A stretch of 64,000 nt of DNA from positions 6,208,001-6,272,000 of the forward strand of contig OZ245006.1 of the NCBI GenBank assembly GCA_965223545.1, read 5' to 3'. Under the pieces are notes generated by a model. It had not been told where the DNA came from, made no database searches, and saw nothing but the letters and a program-made list of their open reading frames with translations. The position numbers and the translations under genes were made by a program. Positions 19,487 through 29,124 of the stretch are shown here, in pieces. The stretch is from Planctomycetota bacterium (GTDB taxonomy: Bacteria; Planctomycetota; UBA1135; UBA2386). Position 1 is the stretch's first letter; each line of letters starts with the position of its first letter.

Positions 19487-20500
19487 TCAGCGCTGCGTGC
19501 GCGGCGACGCCACTGCAGGGTCGGCGGCGTCGCTTGCCCACGCCCGCGCGCTGAGCGCGGCGAACAGTGGCTGCCACACCGTCCAGCGGTGTGCGCCGGG
19601 GGCGATCTCGACGCATTCCTCGGGCAGCACCGCGGCCACCAACTCGTTGGCGTGCCGCAGCCGGTCTTCGGTGCCGTAGCCCAGGTAGAGCGTCGGCCGG
19701 GGCTCCCCTGTGTCGGCAAACCCGCGGTACCACTCCCACAGTTGGTCGTACTTCGCTCGGCTGCCCTCGGGCATGGCGCGCCAATCGGGCGGGTTCCACG
19801 CCCGCAGTCCACCCGCCTTGCGAATCTCCTCGATCACGTCGGCGGACCCCATGAACGGGGCGAGGAGCACGAGACCAGTGATCGCACCCGGATGCTCGAG
19901 GGCGTAGGCCGCAGCACCGAGCCCGCCCATGGAGATGCCGACCAACCAGATTTCGTCGTAGCGTTCGCGCGCCGGCCCGATCACGTCGTGGTGCAGCCGA
20001 TCGACCACCGTGAACTCGCGGTAGTAGCCGTAGTGGGCGTCGGCGCACACCACGTCGGTCCGCGGCGCGATGGCGAGGATCCGGTCGACGAAGCCGTGCT
20101 CGAGATAGGCCTCCGGGCCGTCACCGAGTCCGGGCAACAGCACGACGAGACGGTTGGCAGGGGCCGTCGTTGCGGCGTGGTGCTCGACTGGCATCGGGAT
20201 TTTGGGCGCGCGCAGGAAGGCGCAGCCGGTGAGTCCGACGAACGCGGCGACCGCGGCCAGAGGGCGTCGTCCGGTTGGGTCCCGGTCGGGGGAGTCCGAA
20301 ACGCTGTAGCGACCCGACCGCTGTCTCGACTGATGGGTGTTCGCAACGGTTACGGAGATCCTTGGATCGATTCGAATCTTCCGGGGTGGCAACCGTGAAG
20401 CCTTGGTGGACGCAACTTGGGTTACGGTCAGAGTTTGTGCCTCGAAGTATGGTGCCGGTGGGGCTGATCGGGCTCTGAAGGTTGATGGCTGCTTTTCCAA
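19487..20500 (-). CDS. Alpha/beta hydrolase, probable lipoprotein (true start uncertain, likely near 20260-20300)
   Basis: LVVLLPG, GISMGG nucleophile elbow, GAHRW histidine; lipobox-like GLTGC. Confidence 0.8.
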   Translation of the reverse strand: MEKQPSTFRARSAPPAPYFEAQTLTVTQVASTKASRLPPRKIRIDPRISVTVANTHQSRQRSGRYSVSDSPDRDPTGRRPLAAVAAFVGLTGCAFLRAPKIPMPVEHHAATTAPANRLVVLLPGLGDGPEAYLEHGFVDRILAIAPRTDVVCADAHYGYYREFTVVDRLHHDVIGPARERYDEIWLVGISMGGLGAAAYALEHPGAITGLVLLAPFMGSADVIEEIRKAGGLRAWNPPDWRAMPEGSRAKYDQLWEWYRGFADTGEPRPTLYLGYGTEDRLRHANELVAAVLPEECVEIAPGAHRWTVWQPLFAALSARAWASDAADPAVASPRTQR

Positions 20501-20976
20501 CAGTACTCTGGTGGATCATGCGGATCGGACTTCTACCGGGTCAAGTCGAGGCGCTTCGCAGCCGTGTTCAAGAGATTCGCTCCGAGGAACGTCGCCGCGG
20601 ATCGCGGCGGGCACTCTTGGCAGCACTGGTTGCTGGCTCGAGCGGTATCGCATGTGGTCGTTACTTCGGCGTGTCGGGACCGTTGGAGACAGCTCGGGCA
20701 TCAAGCCGCCAGCGGGATGCCCTTTCCGAAGTCGCAACCGGGCCGATCGAACGCCTGATTGCGCAGTCTGGTCGATTCCTCGTCGATGTTTATCAGGCGG
20801 ATGAGGTCGCCGACGACACCTGGGTTGGAGTCTTCAGACTGGCGACCCTCTGCCTCGACCGCGACCAACGCATCAAGGCTGGAACCGAGCGTCTGCTTGG
20901 ACTCGTGGCTCGGCGAGAGAAGGCCCCTCGTCACGTTTCGCGTATCGTTCAGCTCGCGGTACGTCGATCCCGATGA
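20482..20976 (+). CDS. Hypothetical protein with one hydrophobic segment
   Basis: ORF coupled by ATGA overlap to the next gene; start may be ATG 20518. Confidence 0.5.
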   Translation: MMAAFPTVLWWIMRIGLLPGQVEALRSRVQEIRSEERRRGSRRALLAALVAGSSGIACGRYFGVSGPLETARASSRQRDALSEVATGPIERLIAQSGRFLVDVYQADEVADDTWVGVFRLATLCLDRDQRIKAGTERLLGLVARREKAPRHVSRIVQLAVRRSR

Positions 20977-21251
20977 CACCCTTGAGGGTGATCATGGGTG
21001 CATCCGGGACAATCGAAGTCGACCCGAACCCAGTTCTCGAGGGCGAGGACGTGTCTATTCACTACGAGGGCACCGGTCCCCTTGCGGTCTCAGTGGACGG
21101 TGGTCCGTGGCAAGAGTTGCCGCTCGACAAGGATGGCGATGGCACCTTGACCGCTCCGGTGGGCTCGGGAGTCATTGTGATCGCGGATCAAAGTGATCCC
21201 GAAAACGAAGCCATCGTGCAGGTAGAAAGCCTGCAAGAAGAAAGCTCGTGA
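20973..21251 (+). CDS. Small acidic hypothetical protein (beta-rich)
   Basis: 92 aa, overlapping both neighbours by 4 nt. Confidence 0.6.
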   Translation: MTPLRVIMGASGTIEVDPNPVLEGEDVSIHYEGTGPLAVSVDGGPWQELPLDKDGDGTLTAPVGSGVIVIADQSDPENEAIVQVESLQEESS

Positions 21252-22387
21252 AGGAAGCCGCCATGCCACGTCGAACTGCACACTGCAATACCGTTCCACG
21301 ACAGATCGCCGCCGTGACCGTCCTCTTCGTGGCTGGTGGTCTCACAGGCCAGAGTTCGCACGTGGTTCCGGCGCACCTAGCCGTTACCGAGGGATCCTCT
21401 GCAGGTCTGATCGATGGTACGGAGAGGCGCGCGCGACAGCAGATTCTAGTCGGCGCGACCGAGCTCACCCCCATGCGCGGCAGCACCGTCGACGCGCTGT
21501 GGTTCCGGCGCGATCCGATGTTCGATCGGCAGTTGGATGCCTGGAGCGCGCAGCTGACCGTGCAGTTCAGCACTGCGGCTCGTTCCCCGTTCGCAGCGGC
21601 TGAGCAGTTCGCGTTGAATCGCGGGGCGTCTCCCACGACTGTCTTTCAGGGATCGCTTTCCGCGGCGACGTCGCCCGCCTCGCCGCCCAGTCCGGCGCCT
21701 TGGTCTGCGGCGTATGCGGTGAGAGTTCCGCTCTCGACGCCTTACGTCTATTCCGGCGGCGACCTGTGCATCGAGATCAGTGGCACTCCGGTCTCTGCGG
21801 GAGCACAGCGGTGGTGGTTCGACTATTACCAAGCGGACACGACCGCGATCGTGCAGCCTGTCGGGACGCCTTGCGGAGAGCCTGCGGTGCACTACCAGCG
21901 CACCGCGATGGCGTGGCATCGGAATCTCGCTCCGGGAGGCACGATCTCGATCACGACCGTCGGTCGCGCGCGGAGCATTGGTGGCCTGGCGTTTGGGCCG
22001 CCACTGGCGTCGCCGATCTCGCTGGAGTCAATCGGAGCGACCGGCTGCACGCTGCACATTCAGCCGGCCGTCATCGTGCCCACGATCTACCCCCAACTCG
22101 CATCGAGAGTGGCCACGCCGGACAGTACCGCACTGCAGATTCCCGCGCAGACCAACCTGTTGGGATCACCGTTTTGGTCCCAGGGCGTCAACCTTGAATC
22201 GGGGCCGCAGAGCAACCCCGCCGGGGTGACCACCACCAATGCGTTGAAGTTCACGATCGCCAGCGCGTTGCCCGCAGTCGCACTCACGACGGTGCGTTCG
22301 GACGCGGTCGTGATCGGCGCTCCGTTGCCCGATGCGGGGCGCGTTGATCTCGGGCGCGGGCCGGTGATGCGGTTCGACTTGCGGTAG
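21248..22387 (+). CDS. Secreted hypothetical protein with shared C-terminal-type domain
   Basis: Signal peptide; LQIPAQTNLLGSPFWSQG...TTTNALKFTI motif. Confidence 0.75.
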   Translation: MKEAAMPRRTAHCNTVPRQIAAVTVLFVAGGLTGQSSHVVPAHLAVTEGSSAGLIDGTERRARQQILVGATELTPMRGSTVDALWFRRDPMFDRQLDAWSAQLTVQFSTAARSPFAAAEQFALNRGASPTTVFQGSLSAATSPASPPSPAPWSAAYAVRVPLSTPYVYSGGDLCIEISGTPVSAGAQRWWFDYYQADTTAIVQPVGTPCGEPAVHYQRTAMAWHRNLAPGGTISITTVGRARSIGGLAFGPPLASPISLESIGATGCTLHIQPAVIVPTIYPQLASRVATPDSTALQIPAQTNLLGSPFWSQGVNLESGPQSNPAGVTTTNALKFTIASALPAVALTTVRSDAVVIGAPLPDAGRVDLGRGPVMRFDLR

Positions 22388-22644
22388 AGAGGGGATGCAG
22401 TCCGCTGCAGGGCTGCTCCGCGCCAAGAGCCGGTCCTTTACGGCTCCTTAGGTCGAGCGTGGGGTCGCCGGCGGTGCGCCGGCTCCGGTGGCGGTCTCCC
22501 GACACCGGAGCCTAAGCGAACGGTCGAATCAGGCTGTGCTGCGGCTGTCGGGAGCGGTCCGATCGTGGCATCGGTTTTGCGCGTCGCCTGCCGGCGCGCG
22601 CGCGCGACCATTACCACTTCCTTACCTCTCGCCCCGACTTCGGT

Positions 22645-23667
22645 ATGCGCTGTTCCTTCTCCCTCACCTCGTTCTCTCTTCTGTTCTTGGCGGTCTCGAC
22701 TCCGGCGCAGCACTTCGTCGTCGCCAACCGCAACGCCGCCAACATCTCCGTGCACCGTGCCAGTGACGGCACGCGTGAGCGCGTCGTCGCCCTACCAGGG
22801 GGAGCCGCGACGCCGGAGCCGATGTACGTGCAACACGTCGGCGACGAAGTCCTCGTCGGTGACCGCGCCAACGACCGAGTCGTGCGCTTCGCCGCAGCCG
22901 ACTACAGCGTCCTCGGTACGGTCGCCGCCGGCCGCGGCGTCTTTCACATGTGGGCGGGCGATCGCCAGCTCTGGGTCAACAACGACATCGACAACACCGC
23001 GTCCGTGATCGACACGGCCTCCATGCAGAATGTGCGCACGGTGCCGATGCCGGCCGACCTCGTCGCGGCTGGCTACAAACCGCACGACGTCTTCGTGGGA
23101 CGGCGTTTCGCCTGGGTCAGCATGCTCGGTGGCAGCGGCGCCTCGGACTGGGTGGTCCAGTTCGACCAGCGGACCTTCGTCGAGCGACGGCGCGCCGCGG
23201 TCGGTGGTGATCCGCATCTGTGGTGGGACGAGCACGGGCGTCGCCTGTTCGTCGCGAGCCAGGCGAGCAGCGAGGTCGTGATGCTGCAGTCGGACACGCT
23301 GCGGCCGTTGAGCCAGCGCTCGGTCTCGGGCGCGCACGGGGTGTTCATGGCGGCGGGGACGCAGACGCTCCTGGTCACCGACATCACCGGCAACGGCCAA
23401 GGGGATCTCCTCGCGCTCGGCGGCGTCTTTGGGTTGCCCATCCAGGATCAGGTCGACACCGGGGTCGCCACCGCGCACAACATCGCGGCCAGCGAGCTGG
23501 GCACGCGCGTGATGGTCACCCACTCAGGCGCGACGAGCACGACGGTGACGCTCTACGCCATGCACAACGCCGTGCTGCCTTGGGTGCCGTTTGGCCTGCC
23601 GATGTTGGAGAAGCTGGCCACCGTCGCTGCGGACGCCAACCCGTTCGGCTTGGCGTACGTGCGTTGA
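22645..23667 (+). CDS. Secreted YVTN/YncE-like beta-propeller protein
   Basis: Signal peptide; repeats VVANRNAANISV, LWVNNDIDNTASVIDT, LFVASQASSEV; ends ANPFGLAYV. Confidence 0.8.
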   Translation: MRCSFSLTSFSLLFLAVSTPAQHFVVANRNAANISVHRASDGTRERVVALPGGAATPEPMYVQHVGDEVLVGDRANDRVVRFAAADYSVLGTVAAGRGVFHMWAGDRQLWVNNDIDNTASVIDTASMQNVRTVPMPADLVAAGYKPHDVFVGRRFAWVSMLGGSGASDWVVQFDQRTFVERRRAAVGGDPHLWWDEHGRRLFVASQASSEVVMLQSDTLRPLSQRSVSGAHGVFMAAGTQTLLVTDITGNGQGDLLALGGVFGLPIQDQVDTGVATAHNIAASELGTRVMVTHSGATSTTVTLYAMHNAVLPWVPFGLPMLEKLATVAADANPFGLAYVR

Positions 23668-23672
23668 TCGCG

Positions 23673-23779
23673 GACGCCAGTGTTGCTCTTGAGCGTCCGG
23701 GAGTTGCGGTTCCGAAGCTCTTGCGGCAACGGGCCTTCGGAAACGTTGCCGCCGCGCGAAGATTCTCGGCCCCAGACGC
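23673..23779 (-). repeat. ~90-bp structured intergenic repeat, subtype B, with flank
   Basis: Collinear with 52316-52424 and with the reverse complement of 48045-48155. Confidence 0.8.
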
Positions 23780-24260
23780 AGTTCAGCACCACGTGCACCG
23801 CCGGGGCGAACGCGAGGTTGCCGCTCAGCAGCGTCGTGAGTGGTTGGAGGGTCACGACGCTGGCAGAGGGTACCGCGGGTAGCGTCAGCGACACCGACCG
23901 AGTGCCCGTTGGCGGCACGATTCCGCTGTCCAGGACTCTGCGGTCGACCGCAGCACGGCGACTCCCATCGGCGCCAAGCGCCCGAAGGCGATGGCGCCCT
24001 GATTGTCGGCAACGACGAGCGGCCGCGCGGCCGGAAACAAAGAGGAGATCGAGCCTCCGCGCATGCTGAAGACGCGGCCCGCGGGCACTCCCGCCACACC
24101 GAGGCCGGAGCCGTGACTGTCATCCGCGTGCAAGGCCGCACCGGGGTCGCACAGGACCGCGATGCCCTGATCGGTCACCACGTCGACGGAGTACGTGCCG
24201 GCCCGGACCACGAGCACGTCTCCGTGCTGCGCCGCCTGGACGGTATTGACGTCCCTTATC
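23780..24260 (-). pseudogene. Remnant of a secreted beta-helix-type protein with C-terminal domain fragment
   Basis: AAQHGDVLVVRAGTY (beta-helix N-cap-like) in one frame and VLDSGIVPPTGTRSVSLTLP...AVHVVLN in another; no signal peptide, middle missing. Confidence 0.55.
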
Positions 24261-24491
24261 TCGCGCTTGCCATTGCAGATGCTTCGGCCAGAGGGTCGAT
24301 GGGGCGTCGGTTGGCGGCGTGCCGCGTGCCTCCCACTTCCGGTTCCCCGAACCCGGCTTTCCGATCGATGGCTTCGAAGTGTTCGGTGTGCAGAAACAAG
24401 CACATCGACCTCGGAAGAGTCAGCGGGTCATTGTGGCTCGACGGCTCCTGGTTGGAGGTCTCGGTTCGTGTGAAGTGCGCGAGCCCCCTGA

Positions 24492-25613
24492 ATGCCTGAG
24501 GACGCGCGACAATTGGCTGTTCCGCTTGACCTCGACCCGTACGCCGTGCATCGTCTCCGAGTCGTCTCCGGTGACCGCCGCGCAGTGATCCTCGACCTCA
24601 ATGACTGGAGAACCGATGGCCAGTTGGTTGTCCATCGGCTCGTAGACGCGGTGCTTGCCGAACCGGTCGTGTCGCCATGGCTACGATGGGTGGTGATCAT
24701 CGGGGGGGCTTTGCTCATCGCTATACTGCTCGTAGCGACGTGGCGAAGCCTCGGTCGGGGTCAGCTGCGTGGTTTCGCGTACGCGTCCTGTCTGGCGACG
24801 TTGTTGCTGGGGGGCTACTTCACCTTCGCGTCGTTGCAAGCGCTGCTCTTGGCTACCAGGGCGGAGGCCTTCCCGGCCGACCCGCCGTGGAGCGAAGCGA
24901 AAGCCCCTGCCAAGCCATTCGATTCCGAGGTCTTGAAGAGTGCAGTAGACGAGCTGCGCATACTGCTGCTTGGGCCTCTGGTGTGCGACGAGAACATGAC
25001 GCGGCGCCCGGTCCTCGAGAGGTTCCTGAAAGAGCTGCCGGACCGCATCACGCAGCGAGAGAGTCAAACAGCACGGCAGGCTGAGCAGGCCGAACCTCAG
25101 GACGCTGGGCTGGGCACGTTGGCACAGGCATCTCCGAGCGGCGGGGACTGGGTGTGTCTGTACGTAAGCCCGATTCGCGCCGCGTTCCAGCGGGCGGGAG
25201 TGTTCGGCCCGGAGGCTGAAGCGGCGGCGCTCGCGTATTTGCTATTGCATGAGATTTGCCACGTGCGCCCCTATTTGGGCGGATTCCTCGAGGTGCCGGT
25301 CCCGGGAGATCGTGAGGGTCGGACCCAACATGTGGGACTGCACTGCTGGACGGCCGTGGTCGCGGGGGCGATCGAGCGTTCCCTCGGCGAGGCAGATGCG
25401 GAGGATGATGCTCACGCGAGGGCGCAGTTGGCGGGTGCCTGCTTCGAGCTGCGGCGTGCGAACGAGCTGCTCGACCCCAGGGCCCCCAACGCGTACTCTG
25501 ATGTGTATTCTGAGTACCGCAAAACGATGGGGTTTTCCGCGCGCTTCCCGGGCCCAACTGCCTGGGCTCCGTCCCCGATTCCTCTTGTGCCAGCGCGCTG
25601 TGGCGGTTCCTGA
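24492..25613 (+). CDS. Hypothetical membrane protein with HExxH motif
   Basis: Two TM helices followed by soluble region containing LLHEICH. Confidence 0.6.
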   Translation: MPEDARQLAVPLDLDPYAVHRLRVVSGDRRAVILDLNDWRTDGQLVVHRLVDAVLAEPVVSPWLRWVVIIGGALLIAILLVATWRSLGRGQLRGFAYASCLATLLLGGYFTFASLQALLLATRAEAFPADPPWSEAKAPAKPFDSEVLKSAVDELRILLLGPLVCDENMTRRPVLERFLKELPDRITQRESQTARQAEQAEPQDAGLGTLAQASPSGGDWVCLYVSPIRAAFQRAGVFGPEAEAAALAYLLLHEICHVRPYLGGFLEVPVPGDREGRTQHVGLHCWTAVVAGAIERSLGEADAEDDAHARAQLAGACFELRRANELLDPRAPNAYSDVYSEYRKTMGFSARFPGPTAWAPSPIPLVPARCGGS

Positions 25614-25634
25614 CGGTAAGGTAACGACCCAAGC

Positions 25635-26819
25635 ATGAGCGCAGCAGTTCCAGGGGATGAACGTCGAGTGTCCAATGCGACCTCCTCGATGCTGGCGGTG
25701 GTCGTGCTGACGGCACTGTTTGTCATCGTTTTGCTGTGGTTACCCGATCCGGCGGTGGTCGCGCACGCGAGTGACGATCAGTTGCAGCGGACGTCTAGCG
25801 GGGTCTTTCGACGAGTGTTGTCGTTGGATTCTCGAGGCCACCTCGTCGTCGAGTCGCGAAAGGGTGCTGAGTGGACTGTTGTACGCCACATGCCCGCGAC
25901 CGCCGGCGAGCTGCCGTCTTTCGTCAACCTCGAGTTGGGGGGCCACGTCACCGACTGCCGGGTCGAGGAGGTGGAACCCTTGGAGATCTCTCTCACCGTG
26001 CAACATCGGCGGCGAGGCTCGCTCGACCTGCGAGTGCGCGCAGCGTTGCCGTTGGCTGATGAGACTACGGAGGTCGAAGAACCGGATTCGTTCCGCCGCT
26101 GTGGTGGTGCACGCGACCAGGTTGAACGGGTGCGCGCGGAAGTACTGGCGATGGCGCACCGGGTTGGCGCGGAGCTGGAGCAGGGGTTGCCGCCACCTCA
26201 CAGCCCGGGCGTAACGGTTGAGAGTGTTCACGAGCGCCTTACGTACGAGGTGTTGCCGGAGATCTCGGAAGACGAATACGTCTGTGACGTGGAGAGTCGG
26301 CTCACGCTGCGCGGAAAGTCCGTCGGGGGCGACGGGATGTTCGTCAGTCTAGAGGTCGGGCAGCACCAGTCTCGCGAGTTGAGTTTTGCTGGAGAACTGC
26401 GATTTGCGGGAGCCGAGGTGCCCGTCACGCTGGCTGTTGGAGAGCCGGAGCCCGCGGTCGCAGGCAGGGGCGACCGATGGATCTACCACGTGCGCTGCGA
26501 CTTGCCCGAGACCCCTGGAGAGTTTGAGCTCGAAGTGCGATACGAGGAGCGGCTGCAGCTCGCGCCGGGAGTGCGGTCGTGGTACTTCGGTGCGCAAGAC
26601 TTTGGTCAGCAGGACACTCTCGCCGGTGGCTACGTTGCGGAGGTGACGTGGAACACGCCGATCGAGCTGGGCGAGGATGCACAGTGGACGATGCCGGCAC
26701 CGAGTGGCGACCTGCGGGTGGTTCCATTCAATCCAGAAGCGGAACGGCGCTATGGATTTCGTGTAGAGGTCTCGTCGTCGGTGCCGCGTGCGTCGGTGTT
26801 CTACCGCGTGATGCGGTAG
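25635..26819 (+). CDS. Hypothetical membrane-anchored protein
   Basis: 394 aa ORF, N-terminal TM helix, beta-rich C-terminal half. Confidence 0.6.
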   Translation: MSAAVPGDERRVSNATSSMLAVVVLTALFVIVLLWLPDPAVVAHASDDQLQRTSSGVFRRVLSLDSRGHLVVESRKGAEWTVVRHMPATAGELPSFVNLELGGHVTDCRVEEVEPLEISLTVQHRRRGSLDLRVRAALPLADETTEVEEPDSFRRCGGARDQVERVRAEVLAMAHRVGAELEQGLPPPHSPGVTVESVHERLTYEVLPEISEDEYVCDVESRLTLRGKSVGGDGMFVSLEVGQHQSRELSFAGELRFAGAEVPVTLAVGEPEPAVAGRGDRWIYHVRCDLPETPGEFELEVRYEERLQLAPGVRSWYFGAQDFGQQDTLAGGYVAEVTWNTPIELGEDAQWTMPAPSGDLRVVPFNPEAERRYGFRVEVSSSVPRASVFYRVMR

Positions 26820-26820
26820 C

Positions 26821-29100
26821 GTGTTGAGCTGGCTACGGGCACCATCACGTCGAGGTCGGCTGCACGCTGGAGTTCGGAGCGCTTACGGGCTTGGTTTCGC
26901 GAGAGGATTGGCACTCGTGGGTGCGTGCTGCGCGGGCGCTTGCGCTCCCGACGCGTCGTGCGTGGCCGTGCCGTCGGCTTCCTACGGCGGTGGGACGGGC
27001 TGGATTACCAACACCGGGTACTGGGTTGGGGGCGTCGACTACGGGTTGCGCTGCGGAGCCCTAGACGTTTTCGTCGACAATGGTGGGTGTTGGCTCGATC
27101 TGTCGTCACGCGGTGAGACCGCGGTGGCGGTTCGTCTGGACTTCGGCTCTGGGTTCTCCGATCCGCGCCCGGAAGGTCTCCGAGCGGCAGCTTGGTCTTC
27201 CGTTGCGCCAGGCGTGCCGCCGGCGGCGCACGAGCCACGGCCGACATGGGCCGCGGTACGCTTCGCTGGCGCAGAGGGCACTCAGCTGGCGCTTCGCGAG
27301 CGGGACCGCGGTCTTCTGCTGGAAGTCGAGGCGGCCGACGCGGCGGCACTAGCGCGCTGGTCGTTCGCAGTGCACGGTGCCGGTGCGCATGCGGCCGTCG
27401 CCGGTGGCGGTCTGGTGTGGCGTACCGCCGCGGGTGCGCTGCGACTGACGGTCGCGCGCCTGTGCCAGGAGACTGGGGCCGGAGAGCGCTGGCTCGGCGG
27501 CGCGCTGGTGGCGACCGCCAACGGGGTCGGTCTGCGCGCTGGCTCGACGCCGCGCGGATCGGGTGCGCTGCGGGCTGCGCTGGCGCTGCGCTGGGACGGC
27601 CAGGCGCCGGTCGCGATCGGGCTCGACGACGCGACCGCCATCGTCCACGACGTGGCGATCGACGAGAACGGTTGCGTATGGATCGCGGGGGCGGCGCGGC
27701 GCCTGCGTCCCCCGTTGGCACCGGGCCCATATGCACGCCTGAAGAACGAGCTGGATGCCTTGCTGTACACCGGCGGTGGTGCGGGGACACCGCCGACCAC
27801 GCTGTTGCTCGGCGGCGAAGGGGACGAGGTCGTGCATGGGTTGGACATCGTGGGCGACCGCATCGTGGTCGGTGGTTGGACGGCGTCGCTCCGGCTCCCC
27901 CTGGCGGAGTCGGCTGCCCCCGGTGCTGGCCGCGATGGCTTCGTCGCGCAGCTGTCGACCACGGCGCGGCTGCGCTCGCTCGTGCGCTTGGCGGGGGCGG
28001 GCGAAGACGTCGTGCACGGCGTCCGCGCGCGCGTCGATGGTTGCGTGGCGGTGGGCGCGACGGGCTCGGCGGGCTTTGCCGCCGGCAGCCCGTGGCCCGC
28101 GCCGCACGGCGCGGGCGCGGACGCGTTTGCGGTGGCGATCGCCACCGGCGCCGTCGAACGCGAGTGGCGCTGGGCTAGTGATGGCGAAGACATCGCGTAC
28201 GCGATCGACAGCACCGACAGCGGCCAGTACGTGGTTGTGGGCACATCTTCGTCCGCGGAACTCGGCGGAGCGCCATCGGCCGGAGGTTCCGATGGCTTCA
28301 TCGCCTGGCTGCAGCCGGACCACGACGCACACGTCGTGCGCCGCTTCGGTGGTCGTCGAGAGGACTCTGCGTTGGCCGTGGTCGCTGCCGACTCCGACGC
28401 GGTTTGGGTCGCCGGCTGGAGCCGCTCGACTGAGCTGCCCTTCGCGGTCGCGGCCGCGCCCGAGTGGGCGGAGGTCGAGGCGATTGCGTTTCGGTTCGAG
28501 GGCGTCGGTGGGGTCCCGATGCTCGCGGCCCGCCTCGGCGACGTCGCTGCGCTGGTGGCGGAGGGACGGGCGCGTCTGATGGCGGCGGTCATCGCCGAGC
28601 GCCAGGCGCGGGCTGCGGGCGGCGGCGCGGTCGAGGCGGCGCGGCTCGCGGCTCTCGGGAGTCGCCGGGCGCCGGCGGAGGTCGGCGGCCTGGAGGCCTC
28701 GGCATTGCGGCGGGTTCGGTCCACCTCGCCCCCGGGATGCCGTGGTGCGGTCTCGGCCGGTGCGCGCCATGCGCGTGCCGGGGAAGCGCCGGGCTTGCTG
28801 TTGAGCTCTGCCAATGCGCCCCCGTGGTGCCGGGGCGTTCTCGGCGTCGGGCGCGCATCGGCCAAACCGCACCTCTGGCACGGGGTGCCGGTCGGTCTCG
28901 ACCCGGGGACGATCTGGTCCCGTCCGGTCGTCACGGATGCCTCGGGACGCGCGGTGGTGCGTCTGCCGATGACGACGTTTCCGCCGGGAGCCGAGGTTTG
29001 CGCACAGTGGTTGTGGTTCGGGCCGTCGGAGCCCTACCCACCGTGCCCGCCGTCGGGCCTCGTCGCCTCACCGCTGATCGAGCTCGCGCCCGCGCAGTGA
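26821..29100 (+). CDS. Divergent SBBP-type beta-propeller repeat protein with C-terminal domain
   Basis: Repeats LGGEGDEVVHGL, LAGAGEDVVHGV, SDGEDIAYAI, FGGRREDSALAV, GGSDGFIA; C-terminal TDASGRAVVRLP...AQWLW; start uncertain. Confidence 0.7.
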   Translation: MLSWLRAPSRRGRLHAGVRSAYGLGFARGLALVGACCAGACAPDASCVAVPSASYGGGTGWITNTGYWVGGVDYGLRCGALDVFVDNGGCWLDLSSRGETAVAVRLDFGSGFSDPRPEGLRAAAWSSVAPGVPPAAHEPRPTWAAVRFAGAEGTQLALRERDRGLLLEVEAADAAALARWSFAVHGAGAHAAVAGGGLVWRTAAGALRLTVARLCQETGAGERWLGGALVATANGVGLRAGSTPRGSGALRAALALRWDGQAPVAIGLDDATAIVHDVAIDENGCVWIAGAARRLRPPLAPGPYARLKNELDALLYTGGGAGTPPTTLLLGGEGDEVVHGLDIVGDRIVVGGWTASLRLPLAESAAPGAGRDGFVAQLSTTARLRSLVRLAGAGEDVVHGVRARVDGCVAVGATGSAGFAAGSPWPAPHGAGADAFAVAIATGAVEREWRWASDGEDIAYAIDSTDSGQYVVVGTSSSAELGGAPSAGGSDGFIAWLQPDHDAHVVRRFGGRREDSALAVVAADSDAVWVAGWSRSTELPFAVAAAPEWAEVEAIAFRFEGVGGVPMLAARLGDVAALVAEGRARLMAAVIAERQARAAGGGAVEAARLAALGSRRAPAEVGGLEASALRRVRSTSPPGCRGAVSAGARHARAGEAPGLLLSSANAPPWCRGVLGVGRASAKPHLWHGVPVGLDPGTIWSRPVVTDASGRAVVRLPMTTFPPGAEVCAQWLWFGPSEPYPPCPPSGLVASPLIELAPAQ

Positions 29101-29124
29101 CTAGCCCCTTGAGACCCGCCTACG

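Noticed and set aside
22388..22644. Riboswitch upstream of the beta-propeller gene
   Set aside because: Only a 10-bp hairpin (22481-22512) is evident; no cobalamin, TPP, SAM or other consensus recognised.
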